Assembly (NCBI RefSeq): GCF_964194155.1
Contig: NC_135898.1
Span: 48,360,001-48,424,000, forward strand
Origin: Cetorhinus maximus
Lineage: Eukaryota
Length of the DNA stretch: 64,000 nt
Reading direction: 5' to 3'
Positions 25,640 through 39,168 of the stretch are shown one piece after another. Both the position numbers and the translations under genes were made by a program. Within the stretch, counting starts at the first letter, position 1. Each line of letters opens with the position of its first letter. The notes beneath the pieces were generated by a model. The model worked only from the letters and a program-made list of their open reading frames with translations. It was not told where the DNA came from and made no database searches.

Positions 25640-26412
25640 ATTGCATCATAACGTGCCCCTATTAACGGCAGTAATGGCATTCTGCCTCCTCGAACCTGCA
25701 GGTTCCCAGTACATGGTTACCCCCACATTTGTAACAGATTAACTTTGGAGTCGTTGCTGAAATGCTTCCAATAAGCCTTTTCATTTTTCGAGCAGTAGAA
25801 ACTGTCTCCCGCTTCGTTTCCGTCCTTCTGGTTTTTGCACCATGCCTGGCAGTATATTCCAGCCCCAATTGAAGAACAGCGCTATGCTGCACATTCTATA
25901 AAGCCCGTGAGTCCATCGCAGCACTTTCCATGGCTAGCACTATTTCCATACTTCAAATCAATGTTAACTTCTGCAAGTAAACAGCGCTGAATGCTGTTGT
26001 CATGACCACCACAAACTAACCAATCCCGCAACATATTATTGAGTGCCTCTCCAAAATCGCAGCATTCAGTCAACTGCTTCAACTTCACTATATAAGTTGT
26101 GATGGACTCTCCCGGGGCCCTTACTCTGGAGTTAAATTTAAACTTCTGCATTATTACCAATGGCTTTGGCTGAAAATGCGTCTTCATGAGGTCTACCAAT
26201 CCGTTAAAAGACTTAGAATTGGGTATATTCAGGGCTGTCAGATTGCGGGTGAGGTTGTACGTCTTGCTACCACAGACACTCAGAAGAATTGCTTTTTGTT
26301 TCTCCTCCGTGGTAATTTTGTAAATCACGAAATAAAACCCAAAGCACTTTACATACTGGCTCCGGTCGTTAATGGACACGTCATGAGGATCAATCCTGCC
26401 AAAGAGTGACAT
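25640..26412 (-). pseudogene. gag: gag (decayed)
   Basis: MSLFGRID..KAILLSVCGSKTY..HFQPKP..KFNSRVRAPGESI..CDFG..MLRDWLVCG; CYKCGGNH..C..CHYC knuckles; frameshifts. Confidence 0.85.
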
Positions 26413-26510
26413 GACTGGTGAGTACGCTTTTCTGTTTCCCCTAAGGCTTGATGTATTCATGTTAACAGGGCGAGGTGCAGCGCCGGAGCTATTTTACCCT
26501 CATCACCAAA

Positions 26511-26720
26511 TGTAATGACTTGACGTACCGGACAGGTTTCTACTTGAAATAGATAACTTTATTACAGAGAGCTTTTAGAAGCTACATGCTTGAACCAGAT
26601 CCACGACCTGAAAGCTCTATCCCCCTGGATTACCTGCACTTAGGACTCATTTGTCAAAAACAATCACATGACCCCTAATAGGCAGTAGGAAAGGTTATAC
26701 CTTCAAGCGCTATAATAACG
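26511..26720 (-). repeat. 5' LTR of Gypsy A
   Basis: Starts tgtaatg immediately beside the PBS and ends ataacg; tttatt (AATAAA on the minus strand). Confidence 0.7.
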
Positions 26721-27024
26721 CTTAGATTGCAGTTGCCATCTGTGTTCAGAACATATATAATACGGTTTAAAGAACCAAATGACTTGTCGCATTTTAACCA
26801 ATTTCACAATTAATGTGTTTTGAAGCTGTATACATTTTAACAGGAAACATTGTTGTTGCAATATTGAGGTAGATTTCAACTATCAGGAGGCCAAACAGCA
26901 GATCACGCCAGTAGGCCAACCAATAGTTCCAGAAGGAAGCCTGGAGACTCTTATCAACAAATATACAGGCAGCTTCACATCCTGAATGTCAGGAGGTTGA
27001 ACCTACCAGGTAACAGCTGGCTAG

Positions 27025-27122
27025 TCTGCTGATGAAAGTCCATCGACCTGGAACGTAAACTCTGTTTCTCTCCACAGATGCTGCCTGACCTACTGAGTTT
27101 TTCCAGCATTTCTTGTTTTTAA
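27025..27122 (+). mobile_element. Penelope-like pseudo-LTR fragment with degenerate hammerhead
   Basis: CTGATGA-aagtccatcgacct-GGAAC-gtaaactctgtttctctccacagatgctgcc. Confidence 0.6.
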
Positions 27123-28586
27123 GTCTGGGCCGTGGTTGCGTTTGCAAGGTGCGAGGGGGCTTGGGGTCTGTAGCAGTCCACATTATTATCCTGGGGCTTG
27201 GAGGAGCACAACCTTTGCCCAAGGACCTCTTCTGGTGTTCAGGCAGATTTTAATTAGTGGCAACAATAGGGAGTTAAAATGGTATTGGAGTGCTTAGTAG
27301 GTCATGCGTGACTGGGTATCCTGGCTCCTTATTCAGGTAAGGACTTTGGTCATCTAGCAGAAAGCTGGAAATATGGCAGTGGTGTGGGATTATGCTTTAG
27401 TTATACAGGGCATTGGTGAGACCACATCTCAAGTACTGGGTGTAATTTCCCATGCCCGCTGCCATCGGGCATGCTTGGCAGCGTGAGCAGACAATATGGC
27501 GCAAAGGCCAGAAATCAGTTTCACGATGTCTGGCACCAGTTTGTAATCGTCCACTCAGCCCGTCAATGGCGGGCCACGTTTCCCACCATTGAATGCTGGG
27601 AACCTCATTATAATACATCTGCATATCATTATAAGGCCAGCCCACCAGAATCATCTGCCCACGCTGGATTGTCCGCCCATCACACTGATGTGTTTCACAA
27701 CAGTATATATAAGGCGTGCACTTGGCAGGCTGCACTTTGAAGGGACCTCGGAGCTGAGTGCACAGTAATGTTGTACAGCGCTTACCCTTGCACCCACGGC
27801 ATGCCTATTGGACTTCAAAGTTGAGGCGTGTCGGAGGAGAGGGGGGAAAGGGCTGCCCTGCAGTTGAGGCAACTTGGGGGTTGGTGGGGGGCAAGGGATG
27901 CTCTGTGGTTGAACGTGGTGCACAAGTAGGTGCGGGGCAGGGGAGAGTGAAGTGGCCATGCTTGAGGAAAACCTTGTATAAAGTGACCATTCCTCAGCAG
28001 CTAAAGCAGTTCAGATACATCCACATTGACATGCATGGAGTCGGGCCTCTAGCTTATCTGCCCACTCAAGCAATGCAGAGGCATGAAAATGTCACCAAGC
28101 GCTCCAGAGCTTTTCACCCTTTGGACACAGACTGCAAACTAATGAGCATTTTAGTGGACTGCAGACATTTGGATGACTGGGCATGTTGTACAATCTCCTT
28201 GCTAATGCTGGCCATGGAGCAGTCACTGGTGGATGTGCTCACAGTCCCTTGAATGTCAGCATCCCAGTTTGGACCAGCCTACCCCATGGTTCAGGCTAAC
28301 AGTGGAGCCTTGCAGTGCAGGTTAGGAGAATGCCTGTGCCTGAGTTGAGAGCTCAGCATGCAGTCCAATGGGCAAAGCTGCCGCCAATCAGTCAGGTGGA
28401 GTGGGGCGGAGGTGGTTGGGGTTTCAGGCAGCCATGCAGCGCACTAATGTCTAGACATCCAAGTGGTGGCCAGCCCTCTTCAGGATGTGTTAAGGGGCCT
28501 TCAGACTTAGTCAAGAGAGGTTCTTAGTACACCCATGCTAACCTACACGTCTCTCTTTCATCCTGCAGGTAGAGTACATCAGGAGC

Positions 28587-30144
28587 ATGGAGCCTAGTAA
28601 ATTAGCTGTGTGCCTCATGAATTACAGAGAGCAAAGACGTCAGAGAAGAGAGCAATGATGGTGCCTGGCTGGGCAGAGGGGGGAGCAGCACCCTCAAGAA
28701 GGGGCAGCTGGGGCCTCCACACATGCCTCTGAACAGCCACAGCGAGCCGTCATTCGTCAACGGCTGACTAGACCCAGGGTCTATAGACATCACCTTCATT
28801 CCTGCAGATGACCGATAACTAGTGTTTGCCGAAGACTGCGCATGTCTAGGGAACCGGTCGGTCACATTGTCAGCTACTGCATTTGGTGCCATGGACACAT
28901 GGAGGGCATCCACTGCCAGTGGCTGTGAAAGTGACCGCGGGGTTCAATTTCTACGCCAGTGGCTTCTTTCAGGGCTCCACAGGTGACTTCTGTGGGATAT
29001 CACAAACCTCCACCCACAAGTGCATCCATGAGATCACGGATGCCATCTACGGGAGGGCACACAACTTTGTTCATTTTGCCCAGAACCAGGACAGCCAGAA
29101 TGCAAGAGCGATTGGATTTGCCCAGGTCTCGGGTTTCCCACAGGTGCAGCGTACGATCGATTGCACTCACGTGGCACTCAGATCTCCAGAACAACACATG
29201 CTCAACTATGTCAATCGCAAGGGATCCCATTTGCAGGATGTGCTGCTGGTGTGTGACCTCCAGAAACATATCCTGTAGGTGTGCGCACGGTTTCCAGGGA
29301 GTGTCCATGATGCCTACATTCTCAGTCGGTTACAGATCCCTGGAATCCTCCAGGGTCCACAGTAGCTGCAGGGTTGGCTCCTTGGGGACAAGGGCTACCC
29401 GCCGAGGATGTGGCTGATGACACCCGTGCAATGGCCTCAGACTGCAGCAGAGCGACGGTATAACAAGGCTCATGTTGCAGCTCACAACTTGGTAGAGCAG
29501 ACCATCGGGATGCTGAAGATGAGTTTCCGGCGGCTGGACCGGTCTGGTGGAGCCCTGCAATACAGTCCAAAGAGGGTGTTACATGTCGTCATCGCCTGCT
29601 CCGCCCTTTACAACCTGGCACTGCAACGGGGAGAGGAGCTGGCTGAGGAGGAGATGGAGGAGGTCTCCTCTGATGAGGAGGATGTCAACAGTGATGAGAG
29701 TGAGGAGGATCCCGAAGGCAACGATGACAGCGATGAGGCCCTCTGTTGAATCCAGTGCCCTTGGTTTTTTGGGGCTAAAGGATCCAGGTTGCACGCTTGT
29801 TTCAGGGTGACCAAGTACAGAGGCAGAGTACATCAGGAGATCGTTGTTAGAATGAACATGTGCTGTTTATTTACAAACTAAACTCTGCAGCTATACTTGT
29901 GTGCTCACAACATAAAACTCTGTCTTCACTCATCGGTGACTAACTCAAGACCCTCCACAAAGAGGTAACCCACGCTACATTGCAATTGGATATTAAGATC
30001 ATGTGATTTTACATTACAATACTTGTCTTAAAGGTGCATTACATGTCAGATTACTTCATCCCTCACACTGGCCAGATGAGGCAGGTGCACTCGGGAGGCC
30101 CTCAAAGCCACTAGATTTGTGGAGGATGATGATAAGATGCAGTG
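28587..30144 (+). pseudogene. HARBI1-like DDE transposase (stops, frameshifts, LTR insertion)
   Basis: FYASGFFQ..CGISQ..GFPQVQRTIDCTHVAL..YVNRKG..PGSVHD..LLGDKGYP..RYNKAH..VEQTIGMLK..ACSALYNLA; acidic tail; preceded by a 5'UTR intron with acceptor at 28567-28568. Confidence 0.92.
29744..30058 (-). mobile_element. Solo LTR (Gypsy)
   Basis: TG..CA; 6-bp TSD gccctc/tccctc; shares agatcatgtgat and cttaaaggt.cattaca with the LTR at 54626. Confidence 0.7.
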
Positions 30145-30848
30145 AGGAGACACCATAGATCCTCACATTGCATCTATGAATGTTTGACTCCAATCTGTTT
30201 ATGGAAGCGCACATCCCCTCTCTGTGATAAGGCTCCTGTTATAGAGATGCAGTGGAGGCCCTAATAGTCACTCAATTGCAGAAGGATGATGATGACATGC
30301 AGTGAGGATACTCCATAGATCTTCATATAACCTCTGAGAATGTTGGACTCCTGTCTGGCTGAGGGCAGTTCGCTTGCGTTCTGTTATCAGGGTCATATCA
30401 CAGAGACGCAGCCATGAAACTTTAGAAGCATCTGATCCTTTGTCCACCTTCAGGAGCACAGCATCAGTGGTCACAGATGCTGAAGAGATGGGGGCCAGCC
30501 CCTCCTTAAAGATGCTGGGAACACACAGAGAGAATGAGAGAACTCTGTGGTATTTGCCCACTACATTCTGGCAGCAATGACAAGCACCACCGAGATGCAG
30601 ACATCAGTAATGTTTCCAGGGAGTGTGAGGCCGGACCATCACTTTGGTCTGAAGGCTGGAGAAAGCACAGGGAAGAGGCCCTGGACTGAGAGAATTACTT
30701 TTATCCTGTGAGAAAGGTTTCACGTTTGAGTGACAAGAACACTGCTCATCAGAACAAGGAGCCACAGGCAGGGAGACATTCTTTGGAGTTTATTTACAAT
30801 CGTGAACATTATGTATAAGTGAATAACACCTGTGCCCAGGCAGTGCAG

Positions 30849-31422
30849 CTAATTCTTCTTAATTTTCCTAACCCTGCCGCTACACCTTGGTTCTAGGTAT
30901 TCCTCCACCGGTCTGTGACCTCTCCCTATTGTTGTGTGCCAGCTTGTCCTGCATGAATAGGCATGGAGAGAGTGTAAGCAGGACACCTGCCGGGCCAGAT
31001 GATAAGTATGCCTGGCATGTGTGGGTGGTGAATGGTCCCATGGACGAGATGAGGACAGTGAAGGTGTATATGAGAGATTGAATGGTGATGTCCCTTGCAC
31101 TGGCAGTGAGTGAGGGCCCTGTGGATGTGTGATGGGTTTGTAAGTGTGTGAGGTGAAAGTGATGAGAAGAGTGACTTACCCTGGCAGAACGGAGGAGATC
31201 ATTCATCCTCTTGTGGCACTAGGTGGCTGTCCTCTTTTGCAGGATATTGGCACTGGCCACCACTGCCTTGGCCTCCCAAGCTGGATTAGTGATGCTGCTG
31301 CCCCTCCTGAGGCCAGAGCAGGGGTAGAGGACATCACGACGGGCTTCCACTGTGTCCAAAAGGTGCTCGACGGATGTGTCACTGAAGTGAAGTGCTGCAG
31401 TCTTTTTGCCTTTTGGGGCCAT
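30849..31422 (-). pseudogene. Harbinger Myb/SANT-like DNA-binding protein gene, two exons, 3' part deleted
   Basis: MAPKGKK..FSDTSVEHLLDTVEARRDVLYP..AWE..KRMNDLLRSAR, GT(31179)..AG(30949) intron, DKLAHNNRERSQTGGG. Confidence 0.85.
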
Positions 31423-33089
31423 CCAGTCTCCCATGCGGCAGTCCTGGGCTGGAAGCACTGAGAGGTGTGTGCATGGCTGCACTTTAAATGTAGTGCCCGG
31501 CGTGATGAAGCAGCAAGATGATGGCGAATGAGAGCCTGCCCGCCATGGAAACGGCATGTTTCCCGGGAATGCATAATTAATGCGGCGGGTTTGGGACGAT
31601 ATGGCGTGAGAAGCCGCCATTGCGGCCGGCGGGTAAAATGCCGTTTTCCCCGCCCACGGCCTCACAGTGCAAATCTGGGCCGATTCCGCCCACTGTGTGC
31701 AGTTTTGGTCTCCTTATTTAAATAAGGATATAAATGCGTTGGAGGCAGTTCAGAGGAGGTTTACTAGATTTGTACCTGGAATGAGTGGGTTGTCTTATGA
31801 GGAAAGGTTGGACACTGGAGTTTAGAAGGTTGAGGAGTGACTTGATTGAAGTATCTAAGATCCTGGATGGTCTTGACAAAATGGACGTGGAAAGGATGTT
31901 CTCTCTTGTGGATGAGTCCAGAACTAGTGGGCACTGTTTTAAAAGTAGGCGTTGCCCTTTTAGGACAGAGATGAGGAAAAATTTTTTCTCTCAGAGGGTT
32001 GTACGACTTTGGAACTCTCTGCCTCAGAAGGCGGTGGAGGTGGGGGTCATTGAACATTTTTAAGGCAGAGACAGATAGATTCTTGTTAGGCAGGGGAATC
32101 AGGAGTAGATGGGAATGTGGAATTTGAAACACAAGCAGACCAGCCATGACCTTGATGAACGGCGGGGCAGGCTCAAGGGGCCAAATGGCCTACTTCTGCT
32201 CCTGTTTCATATGTTTGCATGTTAACATGGAGGCAAGTCCTTCACCTCCTATTGACTCCACTATGCTGCCTTATTTCTGCTGAGCAGGAGATATTAAAAT
32301 TTCTTTGTCTTTTTCGATTCACCATAGACATAACAACAATAGATGCATTTGTTTAACAGAAACACAGATGCAGCTTTAAAGGCAAAAGTAATAAAGTAAG
32401 TTTTAATTTGCAGATTTTCATTAGGCTGCTGCCTAAAACAATGTAATCACAGTGTGGCCTGTTGGGACAACTAACATATTTCGCTGTTCACAGGTGAGTT
32501 AAAGCATGCCAAGTTAGGCAAAGTTTCTTATTAACAGGCATAATTATAACATGGCTTTCAAGCAGAAGTAATTAAAATGATCACATCTACAGTGATTTCC
32601 AGAATTAAACCATGAGCAGGGAAGTGGTGTCTATTCAATTTGCACAGAGAGCCTTAGGTGACTTTATTATCACCTGAGATGTGGAGTTTCTAAGGAACAG
32701 CTGGTCTGGAAGAGGAGGATGAAAGCTTGTGATTAAATGAGAATGCATCATCAATTGCACCAAATATTTCCTGATCAAACCTTTTGAACTTTCATTGTTG
32801 AAGCACAGCAACTTTCCAGGCTAATGTGGATAGCACCAAGAGTGGATGCAAAGGACAAAGTACATTTGTGTGTGTTCAGCTGATGTTGGGGCAAAAGATA
32901 ATGTAAACTGCATCTATAAACTTTGTACTCCACATGCACATTATGAAGACTGTGGCAATACCAAGACACCAGAATTTGTTAATAGATCACAATCAAGTGT
33001 GAATTCATCCGCTTATTAATAAGCATATTCTCTCACTCTGTTTCAGTGTTATTGGAGGGAAAGTAAAAGGCAAATGAGGGAAAGGTGCG

Positions 33090-33735
33090 CATACATACAC
33101 ACACACACACACACACACACTCTTACAGACATACAGACACACACTNNNNNNNNNNNNNNNNNNNNNNNNNNNNNNNNNNNNNNNNNNNNNNNNNNNNNNN
33201 NNNNNNNNNNNNNNNNNNNNNNNNNNNNNNNNNNNNNNNNNNNNNNNNNNNNNNNNNNNNNNNNNNNNNNNNNNNNNNNNNNNNNNACACACACTCATAC
33301 AGGCATTCANNNNNNNNNNNNNNNNNNNNNNNNNNNNNNNNNNNNNNNNNNNNNNNNNNNNNNNNNNNNNNNNNNNNNNNNNNNNNNNNNNNNNNNNNNN
33401 NNNNNNNNNNNNNNNNNNNNNNNNNNNNNNNNNNNNNNNNNNNNNNNNNNNNNNNNNNNNNNNNNNNNNNNNNNNNNCACGCACGCACACACGCGCGCAC
33501 ACCTGCGTGCACACCCGCACACACACATGTTCTCAAACACACATGCACACACGCACTCTCACACATACACATACCCACACACACATACGCACTCAAACAC
33601 TCACACACATACACACATGCTCACATGCATGCACGCACACACACACGCACACACATGCACACATTCACATGGACTCACCAGCACCACCACCCCCGCCGGC
33701 CCCCCCACACACACACACAGGCACACACACACACA
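33090..33735. repeat. Imperfect (CA)n microsatellite with two assembly gaps (N)
   Basis: Directly visible. Confidence 0.97.
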
Positions 33736-34107
33736 GAAACATTAAAATAGGCACATGTACAGATAAAAACACCAAGAAACAGAATTTTTAAAAAGATGTA
33801 GACATGAAACATAAAAATGAATTGTGAAAGAGTGAAAAGAGAAAACTGAAGCAAAGAGGAACAGATTTTAAAATTACCAAAGTTTTGCAAGTAGGGCTGC
33901 AGCCCACCTTGCATCACAAACTTGAAATTCCAATGCTGCCACCCTTTAATTATGAAGTGTCAAGAATTCAGATGCTGTCTTCAGGCTTTTCATGTCCAAG
34001 AGACAGCATCTGCTGAAATGTAGATAAATCTATTATACAGTGTTTAGCTTACCTGTGGATCGATTTCCAGGTGACTGACTGGCAGCTGTTAACAATGGAA
34101 ATCTGGT

Positions 34108-34704
34108 GGGCTGAATATTGCCATGTACTGGCAAGTCCTGACGCTGGGGCAGAATGTGGGAGTCATATCAGAGGGCAGACAGTTCAGCACCCTCAGCCCA
34201 TTAGTGATGCCATTGCTGAGGCTGCAGCTTCAGGGAGAGAGCACCTGAATGCTGGAGCACCCTTGAAGGGAGTTGAGGTAAATTGGGGGTATAGCTGAGG
34301 CAAGTTGCCAGGCTCCGGCGTTCGAGGGGGAGGGAGTGGTGGCGGTCTGTGGAGCACTGGCGGCGCTGTTGCTGCGAGGGTGGCCATTGCCACTGGGTGC
34401 CTCTCTGTGGGCCACAGAGTGCCCATAAACGATGGCCCCGCCCACAGAACTTGCTGGCAGGCTGCCAGGTTTCACTCAGCGGCCTCCCCGTACGGCAGTG
34501 GGCTCTCCTAATGCAAGGAAAATGGCTGCAGAGGCAAGAAGTGGCCCTGAGTTGAACACTTTATGTAGCCCTCTTGACCGTCATGCTGGCCATTTGGCAC
34601 GGCAGTGGGAAGGCATCGGATCGGCCTCCTGACGTAAACCCTCACCATTTTGCCAGTCCTCCCATTTCCCAGCCCACCCACAAAGGGCCTGGAAAATTCA
34701 GCTA
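34108..34704. mobile_element. Harbinger-type non-autonomous element
   Basis: Ends gggctgaatatt / aaaattcagct; GC-rich interior; TSD not clear. Confidence 0.55.
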
Positions 34705-36005
34705 CTTGTCTCTCTACCAAAGATGATGCCATGTCCACATGGACTATCAGTAAATGACGGGGATGGGAGAGGGGGGTGCATAAAATGGAAATAAATTACA
34801 AAGATATCAGGAAGCCTTATCAACTTGACCCTTTAATCATACCAGCGATTGCAGAAGAGGGGGCATTGTATAATTGAAACATTTGATTTCTTTTGCGAAG
34901 ATTTCAGCAGAAGATTGCATGGCAACCCTCATAAGTTTCAAGGTGGTTTTCAGTTCTGTTCATCCAGTAACTTGGGAAAAATTAAGCAAAATAAACATAC
35001 AGCTTTAAGTTTCAGGCTCCTGGGCAATGACTAATCCATAAGAATGTTCCATAAGTATCATTACATGATATCATTAACCTGAGAGAGATATTATTCTAAA
35101 ACATCTTGGACTGACAGAATTACAGAAGCTTGAACCAACATGTTCAAGAGAGGAAGGGAATAACCATTATTCATTCAAGCTTACCTTTGTTCCAAGCAAC
35201 TGCATCTTGTTTAGAAACTGGAAATAAAATTAACTCTGTATGAACATCCAGATGTACATAGGAAGCTGGGCTAAATCCGATCTGCCAACCATGGGAGGTC
35301 ACGGGGCAGATGAACCTCCCAGTCCAGCATTCTGTTGAAGCAGCTGACCAGATATCATGCTTTTCGCAGTGAAGATGGCTATCTGTCTAGAACTTTGTGC
35401 ACAAATTTGATTTTAAGCGAATTCCTGACTGTGGAACAGCAATGAAGCAAGGTTGGCCAGCTGTGGGGTGATGGGGGTCTGGGGTTGGCGGGGTTGACAC
35501 AGGTCGTTGTGGGGGAAGTCAAGATTTGGCCTGGGCTGGGAACTGGGGAACACTGACTCACCTGGTCCAAAGGCTAAGCTGGGAACCACAGCTGGTAGGC
35601 CAAGCTTGGAAGGTGTCAGAGACTCCTGGGAGTGAGATGGAATTGGTCCTCAAACGCTGTGTTGGCCGACTTCAACATTATTTGGGAGTGAGGGGGAAGG
35701 TTCTAGACCATCCCTCGGCCTCCTCCGCCCCTTCTATTGGTTTCGAAACCTGGTTGTTTCAATGTGAAACACTATTCAAGATGGTAAACAGCTGGTAATT
35801 ATTACTTAGCGTAAGCATTTTAAAAAAAAAGCTTTGAGAATTTCCTGTTAAAAAACAATTATCATTCCTGCTTCAAATGAAGAAAACCTCTCAATGGATT
35901 GTTTGAACATGGACATACAATAATGCTTCCCTTAGGGCTGTGCAAAATGGGTACTTTCCATTTACTGTATTTCCTGTTGAGTTGTATTATTGAAGATGAG
36001 ACAAG

Positions 36006-37340
36006 GGACAGAATGGTCCCAGATTTGCACCAGGTGCAGTCGCAGGCGGGAAAAAGGACGTTTTACCTGCCGGCCGCAATGGTGGCTTTTCTCATCGTAT
36101 TGTCCCATTCCTGCCTTATTAATTCTGCAGCCACAGGAAACACGCTGTCTCCCTGGCGGGCGGCCTCTGATTTGCCCACCATGCCGTTACCTCGCCACTT
36201 CTTCACACAGGGCACCGTATTTAAACTGCAGCCGCGCACACACTTCTCAATGCTCACAGCCCAGGAGGGCTCCGGTGAAGACATGGCCCCAAAAGCCAAG
36301 AAGAGTGCAGCCCCCTCCTCCCTCCCCCCCAATTCAGTGACACATCCCTGGGACACCTGGATGCTGTGGAGACCCACTGCAATGTCCTCTATCCCCGGTC
36401 TGGCCACAAGAGGCCCATCAATCTCACCACTCCAGCTTGGGAGGCAGTGGCAGAGGTGGTCAGTGCCAATGCTGCACACAAGAGGTTGGCCATCCAGTAC
36501 AGAAAATAGATGAATTATCTCATCCGTGCCACCAGGGTAAGTTAACCATTTTATCACTCTAAACTCACACACTCACAAGCCCATCACACACTAGCGTCTC
36601 ACTCACTGCCAGCTCAAGGGACATCGCCACTCACTCTCTCACACACACCCTCACATCTCCATCTGGCCTCATCTCCTCCGCAAACTGCCTCCTCAGCCCT
36701 CACCATCTTGAGGTCGCTTACACAGATCAATATGTGCCCCTCACACACACCCTGGGATAATCCCTTTCCCCAGTACAGCCCACACCCTGCATACTCTTCC
36801 CTTGCCTGAGGCCACTTCTCCCCCTTCCCCAAACAAGCCCCAGCCCTGCAGCCGTTGAAAAGCCTTACGGCTGATCCAGTAGGTAGAGACCTGCCCATGA
36901 GCCCCTCCTAAAAGTGATGTGGTGCTGCCTGCGAAGCCTGGCGCTGATGACCACAAGTGCTGCCCGAATCAAGGTAGGCAAACAAACCTCGAAGTCCTGA
37001 GCCAAGTGCAGCTCGCCAAGTGCACGTCACTTATGTACAGTTGTGAAACACGTCGGCGTGATTGTGCCCGGATGATCCAGTGTGGGTGGAGGTGGTGGGG
37101 GTGGGGGGTGGGGGGTTGATTCCAGCGAGCAAAGCTTATAATTAGATGCATATGTATTAAAATGAGGTTCCTAACGTGCAGTGGCGGGAAACGTGGCCCG
37201 TCATTGACAGGCAGAGCGGACAATCACAAAGTGGTTTCAGGATGGCCTGAAACTGATTTTTGGTCTTCTCGCCATTTTGTGCCCCCCCCACCCCCAGCCG
37301 CCATGATGCCCGATGCCAACGGGGCCAGAAAATTCCGGCC
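36006..37340. mobile_element. Harbinger family A internal-deletion derivative
   Basis: Ends ggacagaat / aattccggcc; TSD AAG; keeps Myb exon 1 (MAPKAKK..KMNYLIRATR|gtaag) and the nuclease promoter end; inverted relative to 27438-31691. Confidence 0.88.
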
Positions 37341-38567
37341 AAGGTTTCTACATAGATGTCTATCCCTGGAGACTAAGAAAAGGATAATGGCCCACTGTAT
37401 GTTTCGGGAAAATAAAGACAGTAGAGCAACAGAACTAAAAAATGTTTCTGCTGACATTACTTGTGGAGAATTGCAGGAGAAAAAATGTCCAGAAAGAGGA
37501 ACTTGAGCAAAGTGAAGCAGTAGCTTCCTAGATTTGAAGTTTAAGCAGCACAAATGGTGAGAAGTGGCAAAATGCTAGCAAATACCTTTTTAATATTCTC
37601 CTTCACCTAAACTCACTGTGAGCTATGGGACTTATTTTGACCATTTTAGAGACACCAGGGAGCAATTTTCCAGGCTTGTTTTTTCTTTCAACAACGTCTA
37701 TAAAAGTAGCTGAAGAGTGGAATGCACAGTGTCACTTAATACAAGTTTTAACAGGATAAATTTGTTTTTCATCTCACGATAAAGGCCATCTTCTCATGGT
37801 ACCAATTTCCATTTAAACTGGTAAACGGCTTGAACTAAAGGTTATGCTCTCCTAGACCGACACAAACTATAAAATGTCACCATCTTGATAGTGGCAGGGC
37901 AGTTTCTATTTTAGACGTGTGATGCCTGAGTCACACCAATCCATCAATCTTTATTTTGCAAAGAGAATTGGGTTGCCTTATTTAGAAGTAAAGGCTGTTG
38001 ACAAGGATAACAGGATACATCTAATTCTTTTATACCTTGGCAAACAGAGAATGTCCCTTTTCTATTAGAACTCACTCAACCAGAGATGGTGCATCTTGCA
38101 GAGCAACTGCAATTTCTGTCCCTCTAAGGGGACAGTGTGAGGCAATGCTTCAGTCGTCCTTGCATGTAGATTCTTCAAACATTATTGCTCATCTCACTGT
38201 GTGGACTTGTTTAAGGACTAGCTTTGCCTGTTATTGTGACAGTTTGAAATTTTTTTTAATGTTGTGCCTCTCTGTGGGTTACAGTTGTGCCACTTATTCA
38301 AAGGAGGAGAGGGATTGAAGGGGATTGAGAAGTGGAGAGGGAACATGTTAATTATTGTTCTGTGAATAGAAAATGCTGGAAATACACAGATCAGTTTGCA
38401 CTTTTCTCATTTTACAAGGAGAAAAGATATTTCGGGTGTGTGTTCTTCATGCAGCTTCGGTTAACAGACAAATGGCATTTTAGTAAAAGTGGAAGAAATA
38501 GAGGGTGAAAGGGGCTAGAGAAATGGAGGGAAGCAGTGGAGATGCCAATTACTAAAACAGCGTTAAT

Positions 38568-38729
38568 GGCCTTGATTTTAACTCCCCTCTCCCCACACCT
38601 CTCACCCCATTGACAGGCGGGAGAGGATCAGTGCAATCAATGGAGAGTAATATTGGGCAGAGTGTAAAACCAACCTTCTACCCAATTCCATGGGTATCCT
38701 GCCCAGCAAGTTAGGTTAAATTTGCTCCC
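38568..38729. mobile_element. Short Harbinger-type MITE
   Basis: ggccttgattttaac / gttaaatttgctccc; TSD AAT/ATT. Confidence 0.45.
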
Positions 38730-39080
38730 ATTATTGTAAATGGATTAAAGTCAGTGCTTAATTACTGGGAGAATCTAGACATCTGACATAGTGTGCCTTA
38801 TAAATGGCTCCTCTGGAAAGGGTGAGCTTGTCCATGGGGCTTATCTCGGACTGGCAGGAAAACAAAATTGTTATAATGGTGAGTTTGTTCTTGGTTATTT
38901 TAACAAGATCTGATTACAATTAGACTGTAGTTGTGCCCCATTTAGCAGGCATTTTACTGCACTCCCTGAGCGGTTACAATGATACATCTCCTATTATTTA
39001 AATATGCTACGAAGTCCAAAACTGCTTTGCAATTTAAGGGCAAGTTGATTAGCTGGACGCAGCAGCAGACTCTTCCATAC

Positions 39081-39168
39081 CTGACATCTGAGTGAACTTT
39101 GATAAATCATTTGGTTCTGAACATCTTTTCATTGTTTCCGGGAAGATCATCCTATTGTAGCCGGAGCT
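39081..39168 (-). other. Weak candidate exon in unique sequence
   Basis: Minus strand ttgctctttgtttaAG..cag|GTatgg; one open frame SSGYNRMIFPETMKRCSEPNDLSKFTQMS. Confidence 0.15.

Larger units (their letters stand above)
24052..26720 (-). mobile_element. Ty3/Gypsy (K02A2.6-like) LTR retrotransposon A, 3'-truncated, RT replaced by foreign sequence
   Basis: 5' LTR 26511-26720; PBS tggtgatgagg (CpG-decayed TGGCGACGAGG, tRNA-Ser type); gag; Cys knuckles; protease MEVDTGAS; RNase H YSQLEKEG; integrase start LHSAHPGI. Confidence 0.9.
27438..31691. mobile_element. PIF/Harbinger DNA transposon, family A, full two-gene architecture (decayed)
   Basis: Ends gggtgtaattt / gattccgccc; TSD ACT; HARBI1-like gene on + and Myb/SANT gene on -, convergent. 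Confidence 0.92.
27385..32225 (+). mobile_element. CR1 (HER1-like) LINE split by a 4.25-kb Harbinger insertion
   Basis: LYRALVRPHLKY|CVQFWSP continues across the insertion; RRLRSDLIEV..RKNFFSQRVVRLWNSLP; tail at ~32150-32220. Confidence 0.9.

Noticed and set aside
33005-33791. Long His/Thr and Cys/Val ORFs
   Set aside because: Translation of (CA)n microsatellite and N gaps.
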